DNA from: Candidatus Nanohaloarchaea archaeon
GTDB lineage: Archaea; Nanohalarchaeota; Nanosalinia; Nanosalinales; Nanosalinaceae
Direction: 5' to 3'
NCBI GenBank assembly: GCA_014297435.1
Contig: JACOQA010000007.1
Location: 1 to 14,738, forward strand
Length of the DNA: 14,738 nucleotides
Part shown: in pieces, positions 1 through 8,491 of the stretch
How positions within the stretch are numbered: position 1 is the stretch's first letter
Layout of the letters: every line of letters begins with the position of its first letter
Translations under genes and position numbers: made by a program
Notes under the pieces: model-generated
Told to the model about the DNA's origin: nothing
Seen by the model: only the letters and a program-made list of their open reading frames with translations
Database searches by the model: none

Positions 1-905
1 TCTCTCATCTCCGGCTCCAGCTCGTACATCGCACGGATAAATTCTCTCCAGCCGATGATCTGACGCAGAAACCCTTCCAGAGAATTCATAAGGTAATTAT
101 GTTCTTCATTCGCTTCGAGTGTTTTCTCCACAACTTCTTCAGGTGTTATCAGCCCGATATTGATCGAAGAAGAGAGTAGCGAGTGGAATCCGAACTTTAG
201 GTCGGAGTCTATAGCATCTTGGTAGTCTCCAAACTTCTCTAATCTATTCTTTAGAAAGTCTTCCAGATTTTCAAGTGCCTGTTCGCGCGTGACCGGCCAG
301 AAAAAGCCCTCTATTTTTCCCGGATTGTCTGCAAAGTTCTCTTCAACATATTCTTTAGCTTCTTCAACATGTTCGGATGAGAACTGAGGTATTTCCGGCT
401 TTTCTACGTCTTGAGGCATTTTCTTCCTGTTTTCCGGATCGAAGCTCCATTTCCCGCCTTCAGGTTTGCCATCCTCGTCAACAAGAATATTGTACTTTTT
501 CCGCATTCTTTTGTAGTAGTTTAACTGGAAGTATTCGTGTGTAGAGAAGTAGTCCTCGTTAAAGTCCATGGATGCCATGAATCCTGGGTTTTGTTCGAAG
601 ACTAGTTCGGAATCATGTTTCTCAGCTAAAGCCTCGAGCTGATTCCTAACTTTGTGATCTACAGGGTCGTACATCCGGATTTCCGACTCTTTCTCAAAAA
701 TCTTGGCTATGTCTTGGTCGAACTCTACATAATTTACATCAAAGCGCTCAGAATATGCTTTCATAGATGCTCTGTGAAGCACCAGTTTCTTCCTGTGAAA
801 CTTGAAGTCCGTAAAGTATCGGGAGTGTTCAACAAGGTATTTTCTACCGGCTTCAACAGGCTCGGGAAAGAGCTGGTTAGGCAGAATAATGGAAGCCTTG
901 CTCAT
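1..905 (-). CDS. Cryptochrome/photolyase family protein, PhrB/CryB (FeS-BCP, DPRP/COG3046) type; 3' end lies outside the window
   Basis: Not in the ORF track; translated by hand. ATG at 905-903 gives MSKASIILPNQLF...FKFHRKKLVLHRASMKAY. Further in-frame segments read GKPEGGKWSFDPENRKK, FGDYQDA, FHSLLSSSINIGLITPEEV and NSLEGFLRQIIGWREFIR, all hallmark motifs of this family. The frame runs to the window edge. Confidence 0.93.
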   Translation of the reverse strand, partial: MSKASIILPNQLFPEPVEAGRKYLVEHSRYFTDFKFHRKKLVLHRASMKAYSERFDVNYVEFDQDIAKIFEKESEIRMYDPVDHKVRNQLEALAEKHDSELVFEQNPGFMASMDFNEDYFSTHEYFQLNYYKRMRKKYNILVDEDGKPEGGKWSFDPENRKKMPQDVEKPEIPQFSSEHVEEAKEYVEENFADNPGKIEGFFWPVTREQALENLEDFLKNRLEKFGDYQDAIDSDLKFGFHSLLSSSINIGLITPEEVVEKTLEANEEHNYLMNSLEGFLRQIIGWREFIRAMYELEPEMR

Positions 906-985
906 ACCAATTTTATCAATTCCAAAGTTAAATTCGTGTCGAAATCAGGTCAAAAAATAAGAGATTTTGATTAGCTCAAATAAGT

Positions 986-1519
986 ATGAAAGCGGATAAA
1001 CAGTTCATAGAGAAATATCTGGAAATATATTCCGAAACGCAAGGAGTTCTTCCAGAAAGACTAGAAAACTTCGGTGAAAAGTACAGGTCTCAAGGATATC
1101 TAACTAGAAAACAGCTTTACGAGATCGCGTATGAGTCGAGCACCAGAAGCGCATACCATGTCAAGAAGAATCCGAAAGAAAGATGTAAGGAGATAACTTC
1201 GAACGTTCTCGAGGTTGAAGGAGATTTCTCCAAGATGCAGCTCCTAACCGGTCTGAAAGGTTTTAAGGCGCCTACAGCCTCGTGCGTTATCGGTGCTTTG
1301 GACGGCAGCGAACATGCAGTGGTTGATACGAGAGTCTGGGCATCGCTCGAGAGACTAAACCACCTCGATTCACGCAAGGAAAGCTTTGAAACTGAAGATT
1401 ATGTCAAGATGATTGAACCTATACGTCAGATAGCAGAAGAGACAGGTTTTAAACCTGTCAAGGTAGGTTATGCCCTTTTTGCCCATGATTTTGACGTTCG
1501 GGAAGGCACGCTCCACTAA
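986..1519 (+). CDS. HhH-GPD superfamily DNA glycosylase-like protein (no FeS cluster)
   Basis: HhH-like LTGLKGFKAPTASCVI is followed by VVDTRV. Asp114 lies 18 residues after the position of the EndoIII catalytic Lys, the same spacing as EndoIII K120/D138. Transcribed divergently from the photolyase. Confidence 0.7.
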   Translation: MKADKQFIEKYLEIYSETQGVLPERLENFGEKYRSQGYLTRKQLYEIAYESSTRSAYHVKKNPKERCKEITSNVLEVEGDFSKMQLLTGLKGFKAPTASCVIGALDGSEHAVVDTRVWASLERLNHLDSRKESFETEDYVKMIEPIRQIAEETGFKPVKVGYALFAHDFDVREGTLH

Positions 1520-1527
1520 TTTAAATT

Positions 1528-1947
1528 TTGGAACTCTTCAAGACTGGTGTGAGCATCAAACACTCAGATCAATATGAAGTAGGAAGAGAGATAGTAAGAA
1601 CAGCCACCAATGAGGATATTCTTGCAGATATAAAGCAGGAGCTAGAGAATGTGCGTGAGCAAAAATATAGGAGCTCAGAACCTGAAATTTTCGCTTTAAA
1701 CAAACTGTACTCTGAAATGGAAACTCTAATTGATAACTCAGATGATTTAAACGAATTCCTTGATGGCGTAGAACAGAAGAGACAGGATTATTCTGAAGGA
1801 ATTAGAATAATGGGATTCGAGGTTGGAAAGAGCGAGTTATTTGCGTCGGAAAGAAGCTGTTTTGATAGTTTGGTTTTCGAGATTTGCGCTGGAGCAGTTG
1901 AAAACTACGAGAGCTCAGCTGAGGAGGAAGCCTATACATATCTTTAG
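1528..1947 (+). CDS. Hypothetical acidic, helical protein (start uncertain, TTG)
   Basis: 139-aa ORF filling the gap 8 nt after the glycosylase stop; halophilic D/E-rich composition; no recognised motif. Confidence 0.6.
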   Translation: MELFKTGVSIKHSDQYEVGREIVRTATNEDILADIKQELENVREQKYRSSEPEIFALNKLYSEMETLIDNSDDLNEFLDGVEQKRQDYSEGIRIMGFEVGKSELFASERSCFDSLVFEICAGAVENYESSAEEEAYTYL

Positions 1948-2008
1948 ATCCTTAAACATAGTTTCGAGATCGGGTCTACGTCCTTAGAAGTTATATTGAG
2001 CATTTATA

Positions 2009-5000
2009 TTAGAAATAGTCCATGATATTTTCTCGGTCAAAAATGTTTTCTTCTCCGACCTGTTTCTTCAACTTCTTCGCAGTTCTATCTCCGATCAAAC
2101 GCTTCAGCTTCTCGAATGAAACCTCTCTTATTGCTTCCCTATCTCTTATTCCGTGATCGTGAAGTTTTCTTGCCCTAACACGACCGATCTGGTCATACTC
2201 AACCAAGTTAAGAAGTTCTTTCTCGATTCCATGCTGCAGCCGGATACGGAGTTTTTCAAGCTCTTTCTCGTTCCCCAAGTCTTTCATCCGAGCCATTTCT
2301 TTTGCGGCGTAGAGAAGCCAGTCAGCATCCTTCATCTTTGCTCTGATACCGCCGGGTGCGACACCGTACTTATCCATCAACTGCTCCTCATCAACTTCCG
2401 AGATCCATCCCTGCATCACCATAGAGTTCTTCATACACTCCAGGAAGTGGTCGTACTCAGGATCCCATTCTAGAGGTGTATCCTCCAGTATGTACTTCTC
2501 GGCATCATTAAACGCCTGCTGTATGTCTGAACGCTCATCATCCTTAATCCTAGGTCTTGGCTGCATCTCCGTGGTCCTAGAAAGCATAAACAGGTAGGAA
2601 ACTGGTTTTGTCTCTTTCTCCTCAGTCCTTTTCAAGGATTCAAGCATCAAGTTGGCGGAATCCGGATCTATATACAGTTCAGAAACACGTTTTCCGATAG
2701 GCGTCGCATCGATCTCCTCATCTAAGAACTCGTACTCTATCAAGTCTTCTACCACGGACTTAACCTTGGATTTTACCTCGGAAAAGTCTCCGAACTGGTA
2801 AGCATAGAAAGTTTTGGAGTAAAACTCGTAGACATCCTCCATCGAGTTACAGTAGTTGGAAGCGATAAGAGACATTGTGTGCATACGCAGGATTGGCTCT
2901 GCCGCAAGTTTTGACTGTATTCTTTCCGGTTCGCCGAGAACAAAGCGTTCAAGTATTTTGTCTTTTGTGCCCGGGTTTTTAGCGATGGATATAGCTTCTC
3001 CGTAGTCATCGTACTTTGGGCGACCTGCTCTCCCGCAGTTGTGCAGTATGGCCCTAGATCCGGTCACGTAGTTGTGGTTGTCTTCTACCTCTATGTTGTA
3101 TACTTTTTCTTTGTTTCCCTTTCTTATATCAAGGATTTCTGTGTATTCTGCGGCTTTTTTTCTATGTTCATTTGAGTTTTGATAGTTGCTGTATTCTTCA
3201 GTTTCTATATCGACTTTAACAGGATCTATTTTCTCCGCTAACTTGTTTATGCTGTCTTTATTTCGTATTTTGAGGAAGTAGCTTTTCTTGTTCACTTCGT
3301 ACTTCTGTCCATCTATTTCTAAGTCCTCGATAAATTTAGAGTCTACTCTGGACTTGACGCCCAATCCTGCTAGAAGTTCTTGTAAGTCCTTACCAAACTT
3401 CTCGCTTGAACTAGAAAAATGAATTCTGCGCTTGTATTCTTCTTTATTCTCATAGTAAGAGCCGTCACCGTCAAAGACACCTTCTATAAAGCTAGCCTGT
3501 AGCCTTTCAGGTAGTTCAAAGATTATCTCAGAGACCTCTGTTTTCTCAGATTTATTTCCGTAAGGTATCTCGAAGACATCTTTCATTAATTCGGCGAGTA
3601 ACGTGTTTCCTACTTCTAACCGGTACTTACCAGGTTCTCTTTCCTCTTCATAGCATTCAAGTCCGAGGTTGTTGAACGCGGATTTGGCTCTTTCTATGAT
3701 TTCCTTGTTAGTGTTGAAAACTCGGATATTGGTATAAACGCTTCCGGTTCTTTTGTCTTCCGTTCTGTTCAAGTTACCGTCGGTCAACACAATGCCTAAG
3801 AGCCAAAGAAAATCTTCTGTCAATTTTTCAGGAATTTCTATTCGGTTGCCATAGCTGCTCTTTATGTTGTCTATATGTGCTGCAATTTCTCCCTTTGATT
3901 TTCCTAGCTCTTTACAAGCCTTCAGCATTCCATGTAGTGGAACTGCTTTCCTATTGTTCTTGTAATGATAGACAGTAGATTCGCTTAAATCGAGCCTTTC
4001 CGCTAACTCTTTATCTTTCAGATCGAATTCTTCTTTGTACTCGATCAGAACCTTTCCGGCGTCCTCGACGTAACATTCATTGGGCACTAGTTCGTAGAAG
4101 AAAGGTTTTCTATCGGACGGGTGACCGTTCCCAAGTTTGATCTTGTCTCCTTCACTCAGTTTTCCGGCTTCCAGCCATTCAAAATCATTTTCTTTCTTAG
4201 CTAGAACAGGGTGGTTCTCCGTTAGACGGAAGCTCCCTGTCTCAGTTTCTATCTCCGTGATTTGTGCTTGCCTTTCGAAATAGTCAGCAACCTTTTTTGC
4301 CTCAAGTCCTGAATCGCTATGTGAAACAACTTCTATCTCTTCTTTGTTCTCAACTATTTTACCTATCTTCTTTCGCCGACCGTTAGGTAGAACAATTTTC
4401 TGGTCGTAGGGGAGGCACATCTGCTCGTACTCAAGCACAGGAATAAACTCCATCCCTCTTCCCGTGTACCGCTTTAAGTCTCGCATTATAACTCTGAAAG
4501 CGGGGAGGTTAACTCCTGCAGCGAGCGTTGGAGTCGCAGAAACTGTTCTGATCAATCCTTCCTTGAAAGCTTTCTCGACCAACTGACGCTGTCTGGTAAC
4601 AAGTCCAGCGTGGTGATAGGCAGCTCCTTTCCTGACATTTTTCGCTAATCTTTTGCACTGCGATGTCGGAGATCCTAATACGTTCAATATGTCGTCGGCA
4701 TAACGTTCTAGTTCTTTTTTCTCTTCTCTTGAAAGACCGTCTCTAACGACGTTTCCACATCGATCTGAACTCTTTTCAGCGCCTTTCCTTGATGAACAGA
4801 ATATTATTGTCTGTTTATCTTTCTCTAGCGTATTTTCCACGAGGTTCAAAGTTTTCCTTCCGTGATGGTCGTCGACGAAAAACGTTTCGCTCTCGACCTC
4901 ATTTTCTTCCTCCTCCTGAAGTTCAGTACCGGTCTTGAATGCGGAAGCTCCTGAATCCCGGTCTTCATTCGCTTTCTCGTCCGAGTCCTGTTTTTCGTAG

Positions 5001-5659
5001 TCGTCAGGGTAGAAATCTACGGTGTTTCCCTCCATTATGCCTTCTTTAAGCTCTACAGGTCTGTAATCTGATTCAACTAGTTCTGCATCAAGCCATTCTG
5101 CAAGCTCGTTGGAGTTTGAGATTGTCGCCGAAAGTCCAAGCATCTGGAAGTCAAGCAGATCTCTTAGCCTAGTCAAAGTTACTTCTAGGGTAGGTCCACG
5201 ATTCTCCGAGGTCAGAAGATGTATTTCGTCAGTAACCACCAAGTTGATCTCGTGGATCCACGAAGGGTTGTGTCTGAGCATCGAGTCCAGCTTTTCAGAG
5301 GTCGTCACAACGATATCGGTGTTCTCTAGATAGTCGCCTTCGTCATCAAGATCGCCTACAGAAATCGATACGTTCAAGTCTTCGTAACGCTCGGAAAAGT
5401 CCTCGTATTTCTCTGAAGCTAGAGCTTTTAGCGGAACTATGTAAACTGCTTTTCCGCCGCCTTTAACGACCTGGTTGACCATTGCCAGTTCAGCTATGAA
5501 AGTTTTTCCGGATGCTGTCGGAGCAGCAACTATCATGTCCTCAGCATCCATCAGACCGGCGTCCACAGCTTTCTTTTGAGGAGGATTGAGCTCGGTTATT
5601 CCCGATTCTATATAGTCTGTTTTGATGTTTTCCGGTAGCTCTAGATTTTCTACTTTCAC
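2009..5659 (-). CDS. hel308: Hel308/Hjm (Ski2-like) SF2 DNA helicase precursor containing an intein; spliced product about 756 aa
   Basis: GTG start. Q motif LNPPQ, Walker A APTASGKT, PLKALASEK, DEIH, LSAT, HHAGL, ATPTLAAGVNLP; motif VI QM/CGRAGRP is split by the intein; C-terminal HhH IGRVRARKL. Confidence 0.93.
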   Translation of the reverse strand: MKVENLELPENIKTDYIESGITELNPPQKKAVDAGLMDAEDMIVAAPTASGKTFIAELAMVNQVVKGGGKAVYIVPLKALASEKYEDFSERYEDLNVSISVGDLDDEGDYLENTDIVVTTSEKLDSMLRHNPSWIHEINLVVTDEIHLLTSENRGPTLEVTLTRLRDLLDFQMLGLSATISNSNELAEWLDAELVESDYRPVELKEGIMEGNTVDFYPDDYEKQDSDEKANEDRDSGASAFKTGTELQEEEENEVESETFFVDDHHGRKTLNLVENTLEKDKQTIIFCSSRKGAEKSSDRCGNVVRDGLSREEKKELERYADDILNVLGSPTSQCKRLAKNVRKGAAYHHAGLVTRQRQLVEKAFKEGLIRTVSATPTLAAGVNLPAFRVIMRDLKRYTGRGMEFIPVLEYEQMCLPYDQKIVLPNGRRKKIGKIVENKEEIEVVSHSDSGLEAKKVADYFERQAQITEIETETGSFRLTENHPVLAKKENDFEWLEAGKLSEGDKIKLGNGHPSDRKPFFYELVPNECYVEDAGKVLIEYKEEFDLKDKELAERLDLSESTVYHYKNNRKAVPLHGMLKACKELGKSKGEIAAHIDNIKSSYGNRIEIPEKLTEDFLWLLGIVLTDGNLNRTEDKRTGSVYTNIRVFNTNKEIIERAKSAFNNLGLECYEEEREPGKYRLEVGNTLLAELMKDVFEIPYGNKSEKTEVSEIIFELPERLQASFIEGVFDGDGSYYENKEEYKRRIHFSSSSEKFGKDLQELLAGLGVKSRVDSKFIEDLEIDGQKYEVNKKSYFLKIRNKDSINKLAEKIDPVKVDIETEEYSNYQNSNEHRKKAAEYTEILDIRKGNKEKVYNIEVEDNHNYVTGSRAILHNCGRAGRPKYDDYGEAISIAKNPGTKDKILERFVLGEPERIQSKLAAEPILRMHTMSLIASNYCNSMEDVYEFYSKTFYAYQFGDFSEVKSKVKSVVEDLIEYEFLDEEIDATPIGKRVSELYIDPDSANLMLESLKRTEEKETKPVSYLFMLSRTTEMQPRPRIKDDERSDIQQAFNDAEKYILEDTPLEWDPEYDHFLECMKNSMVMQGWISEVDEEQLMDKYGVAPGGIRAKMKDADWLLYAAKEMARMKDLGNEKELEKLRIRLQHGIEKELLNLVEYDQIGRVRARKLHDHGIRDREAIREVSFEKLKRLIGDRTAKKLKKQVGEENIFDRENIMDYF
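3038..4417 (-). mobile_element. Intein (460 aa, precursor aa 415-874) with LAGLIDADG homing endonuclease and an HTH
   Basis: Block A CLPYDQKIV, block B LTENHPVL, LAGLIDADG blocks LLGIVLTDG and FIEGVFDGDGS, block F VYNIEVEDNHNYV, block G ILHN followed by Cys+1. Removing it restores EQMCGRAGRP. Confidence 0.95.
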
Positions 5660-5710
5660 ACTTGGTTATTCGTATTGAAAGCTTATCATTATCCTCTCTT
5701 ACACAAGCAG

Positions 5711-5718
5711 TTTTTAAG
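5711..5718 (+). promoter_or_regulatory. Putative TATA box of the 5739 ORF
   Basis: GTTTTTAA(G) about 21-28 nt upstream of the start, consistent with a leaderless archaeal transcript. Confidence 0.45.
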
Positions 5719-5738
5719 CAGAGATCTGAGTAGTAAAC

Positions 5739-6077
5739 TTGGTGAATCCGAAGGAATTTCTAGCTGCCTTCTCTCCATGGATGGCTGTGGATGAAGACGA
5801 TATTTTTACTAGAGAAGACGCTTACAGATACGAAAAAGAGTCTCGTCAAGATTTCGAAGAGGTTTATAGAGCCTTCTCGCATTATAAACAGGATAAAACG
5901 CTTTTAGATAAACATAAATGTGTTCAGTCTATAATAAACCACTTTGGTCTTAATGAGGAAGAGCATGAATCTTTGATGAGGGGAGAGCCGTTTGAATTAG
6001 CTTCCATAGATGAGGAATATCCTGGACGTGTTATAGTTGAGGTAAAAAGACACTATGACTTAGAGGACGACCTATAG
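5739..6077 (+). CDS. Hypothetical acidic protein (TTG 5739 or GTG 5742 start)
   Basis: 112-aa ORF with an upstream TATA-like element; its 3' end overlaps the folA 3' end by 25 nt; no recognised motif. Confidence 0.6.
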   Translation: MVNPKEFLAAFSPWMAVDEDDIFTREDAYRYEKESRQDFEEVYRAFSHYKQDKTLLDKHKCVQSIINHFGLNEEEHESLMRGEPFELASIDEEYPGRVIVEVKRHYDLEDDL

Positions 6078-6538
6078 GTCAGAAATGAGAGGTCTCCTTC
6101 TTCCTTTTCTCTGATCTTCACCCAATCATTCTCATCCCAATCAGGAAAGTATCTATCTCCCTCGTAGTTTTCATGTATGATTGTCAGCTCCATTTCATCG
6201 GCTTCGTTTAAAGTCTGACGGTAGATACTTGAACCTCCTATTATGAAGACCTTATCGCTTTTTTCACCAGCTTTCTCCCAGGCTTCTTCAAGACCCTTCG
6301 CCAGAAATACGTTTTCAGGTAGTTCTGGGTCAGAATTTGAAATAATTATGTTCTTTCTCCCAGGCAAAGGTCTATACTGTTCAGGAAGAGAGAAAAAAGT
6401 CTTTCTTCCCATGACAACCGGTGAACCCATAGTCAGTTCTTTGAAATGTTTCAAATCTTTCGGGTAGTGCCATGGAATGTCTCCATCACTACCTATCACC
6501 CTCTCTTCCGTCATAGCCGCCACTATAATCTTCTTCAT
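6053..6538 (-). CDS. folA: Dihydrofolate reductase
   Basis: IVAAMTEERVIG, IPWHYPKDLKHFK, VVMGRKTF, RPLPGRKNII, FIIGGSSIY, EGDRYFP. Confidence 0.97.
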   Translation of the reverse strand: MKKIIVAAMTEERVIGSDGDIPWHYPKDLKHFKELTMGSPVVMGRKTFFSLPEQYRPLPGRKNIIISNSDPELPENVFLAKGLEEAWEKAGEKSDKVFIIGGSSIYRQTLNEADEMELTIIHENYEGDRYFPDWDENDWVKIREKEEGDLSFLTYRSSSKS

Positions 6539-7185
6539 TTTTTTAGCGAGCTGAAAATGTATTCTCGGTTTTCAACATCGAACTCTACCTCGGAATTTTC
6601 CTCAAGCCTTTCCATTATTTCCCCGGCTCTTCTAAGAAGATCTGCTTTCTGACCAAAATCCAGTTCTTCTTCAACTTTCTGTCTCAGCTGCTCTTCCGGC
6701 ACTCTGTTAATATCTGAGTCGTCAGGAGTGAGCTCTTCTTTAATTCTCCAGCTTACTGATCCTGCTCCACTGTACTCAATTGCCTCTTGTTCCTCCATAT
6801 CTTGGAAGTAGACGAAGTTTGTTTCTGACTTAGTTCTCTCAAGCCCTACTATTTCGTAGACTTCGCTCAGAATTTTGCTTGCAGCCTGGTAGGTGATATC
6901 AGTCTTCTCCGCTATTTCCGGACCCCTAAATGCAACAGGGTCGATGCCGTCTATAACTGGTTTGAGGGTTTCTCTGTATCTTTTCAGGCTGTTACCGCTG
7001 TAGAATTGTACTGTGTCGGAAGATTCGTACAGGCGGTCTGTTGACCTAAGCACGTCTTCTACAGTCTCTGGTTCAAGACCTAGATTGGAGCTGAGTTCAT
7101 TCAGGTCTACCTCTTCACCGGTTCTGTATCGTTCTCTAGCGGTTTCAATGATAACTTCGGTTTCTGTTTCCCTGGCTTGGCTCAT
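6535..7185 (-). CDS. Hypothetical protein with two or three predicted (winged) HTH motifs
   Basis: HTH-like VDLNELSSNLGLEPETVEDVL and FRGPEIAEKTDITYQAASKIL. Start overlaps the thyA stop (TAATG) and stop overlaps the folA start (ATGA). Confidence 0.75.
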   Translation of the reverse strand: MSQARETETEVIIETARERYRTGEEVDLNELSSNLGLEPETVEDVLRSTDRLYESSDTVQFYSGNSLKRYRETLKPVIDGIDPVAFRGPEIAEKTDITYQAASKILSEVYEIVGLERTKSETNFVYFQDMEEQEAIEYSGAGSVSWRIKEELTPDDSDINRVPEEQLRQKVEEELDFGQKADLLRRAGEIMERLEENSEVEFDVENREYIFSSLKK

Positions 7186-8195
7186 TATTCTGCGATTCCA
7201 AACTTGATTCCTGGGTGTGGATTGTATTCCTCGAGTTTGAAGTCTTCGTACTCCATCTCATCTATTGGTTTGTCTGGAACTTTCATTTCAGGTCTTTCCC
7301 GTGGCTCCCTTGAGAGCTGCTCTAACATGCCAGGAACGTGGTCTTTTCTGTCTTCTGTCTGCTCTGGAGCATTATTCTCTATCCAGTTCTTTATTTCTAG
7401 GTATTCCTGTTTTTTCTCGGCTTCGCCTATCTTTTCCCTTAGTTTTTCCAGGTTTTCTCTGTACCATTCGCCTCTTTCTCCCTTTCCACAGTAGATGTGG
7501 GCGTCAACTATAGTGTGAGCGAACTCTCCCAGTTCGAGATCAGTTTGTTTTGCGATAATACGCATTATCAGCGAATATGCCGCTATATTGAAGGGTATTC
7601 CAAGGGCTATGTCGCCTGAGCGCTGTGTTAGGTGGAGATTCAGCTTTCCGTTCTGAACGTTAAACACGAAGCTGTAATGGCACGGAGGAAGCTTTGAGTT
7701 TGCTGCGTTAGAAGGGTGCCACGCGTTAACAACGATCCTTCGAGATTTTGGATTGTCGTTCAGCTGATCTATAACGTATTTTATTTGGTCAAAGGTTAAT
7801 CGACCGTCCTCTTCTTCATTAACCCATTTGTTGTCTTCAGAAGGCCATGCCTCACCTTCTAGCTGATCATTTTTTTCCGGTATAGGGAATCTTCTCCAGA
7901 AACGACCATAAGCTGTTTCCAGCAGACCTTCTTCGTCAGCCCATGCATCCCAGATCTTTGTCTCCTCTCTCAGGTTCTTTATGTGCTCTTCTCCGGAAAA
8001 GTACCAGAGAAGCTCGTGGATCAGAGAGTTCCATCTGTAACCCGAGAGATCTTTTGTCGTTAACAAAGGAAAACCTTCTTGCTGATCTATCTTGTAGAAA
8101 TAGCTGAAGTGCGAGATAGTATCGACACCGGTTCTATTGGGCTTGTAGTTGCCGTTTTCGAGAACGTGTCCGACTAAATCAAGATATTCTTCCAT
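7185..8195 (-). CDS. thyA: Thymidylate synthase ThyA, haloarchaeal long type
   Basis: NRTGVDT, GFPLLTTK, ELLWY, SRRIVVNAW, catalytic LPPCH, QRSGDIALGIPFN with the dUMP-specifying Asn, DAHIY, plus the roughly 45-aa insert seen in haloarchaeal ThyA. Confidence 0.97.
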   Translation of the reverse strand: MEEYLDLVGHVLENGNYKPNRTGVDTISHFSYFYKIDQQEGFPLLTTKDLSGYRWNSLIHELLWYFSGEEHIKNLREETKIWDAWADEEGLLETAYGRFWRRFPIPEKNDQLEGEAWPSEDNKWVNEEEDGRLTFDQIKYVIDQLNDNPKSRRIVVNAWHPSNAANSKLPPCHYSFVFNVQNGKLNLHLTQRSGDIALGIPFNIAAYSLIMRIIAKQTDLELGEFAHTIVDAHIYCGKGERGEWYRENLEKLREKIGEAEKKQEYLEIKNWIENNAPEQTEDRKDHVPGMLEQLSREPRERPEMKVPDKPIDEMEYEDFKLEEYNPHPGIKFGIAE

Positions 8196-8217
8196 TTATA
8201 CTTCCACTCCCCTATAG

Positions 8218-8223
8218 ATTAAT
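8218..8223. promoter_or_regulatory. Palindromic TATA-like element centred between thyA and the 8246 ORF
   Basis: ATTAAT with exactly 22 nt on each side to the two divergent start codons. Confidence 0.45.
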
Positions 8224-8245
8224 AGTTTCAAAGTAGTTTAATATT

Positions 8246-8491
8246 TTGAGATTGATTTCTGAAAAAGTGAGTCACGAAATACTATCGACAAATGAAGACA
8301 TTAGAGGACAGATAACTCTTGACCAGTCTATCGAGATGGGAGAGGGCGAAATATACATGTCAAGACCCTACTCCTCAGTATTCAATTGCGAAGCCGGCGT
8401 CGCAAGCTTAGCCTTATGTGAGGACGACGACTTCTATGAGATAGATGATCTAGATCCTCAAGACCCGGACTACGGTGAGATATATCGCTAA
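8246..8491 (+). CDS. Small acidic hypothetical protein
   Basis: 81-aa ORF with a TTG start filling the thyA-glyA gap; its stop overlaps the glyA stop (CTAA, 4 nt). Confidence 0.5.
   Translation: MRLISEKVSHEILSTNEDIRGQITLDQSIEMGEGEIYMSRPYSSVFNCEAGVASLALCEDDDFYEIDDLDPQDPDYGEIYR

Noticed and set aside
654-974. 106-aa plus-strand ORF
   Set aside because: Antisense shadow of the photolyase gene; basic composition unlike this proteome.
7185-8195. ThyA as a phage-like dCMP hydroxymethylase for DNA hypermodification
   Set aside because: It retains the dUMP-specifying Asn (GIPFN) and is linked to DHFR; no modification or phage genes nearby.
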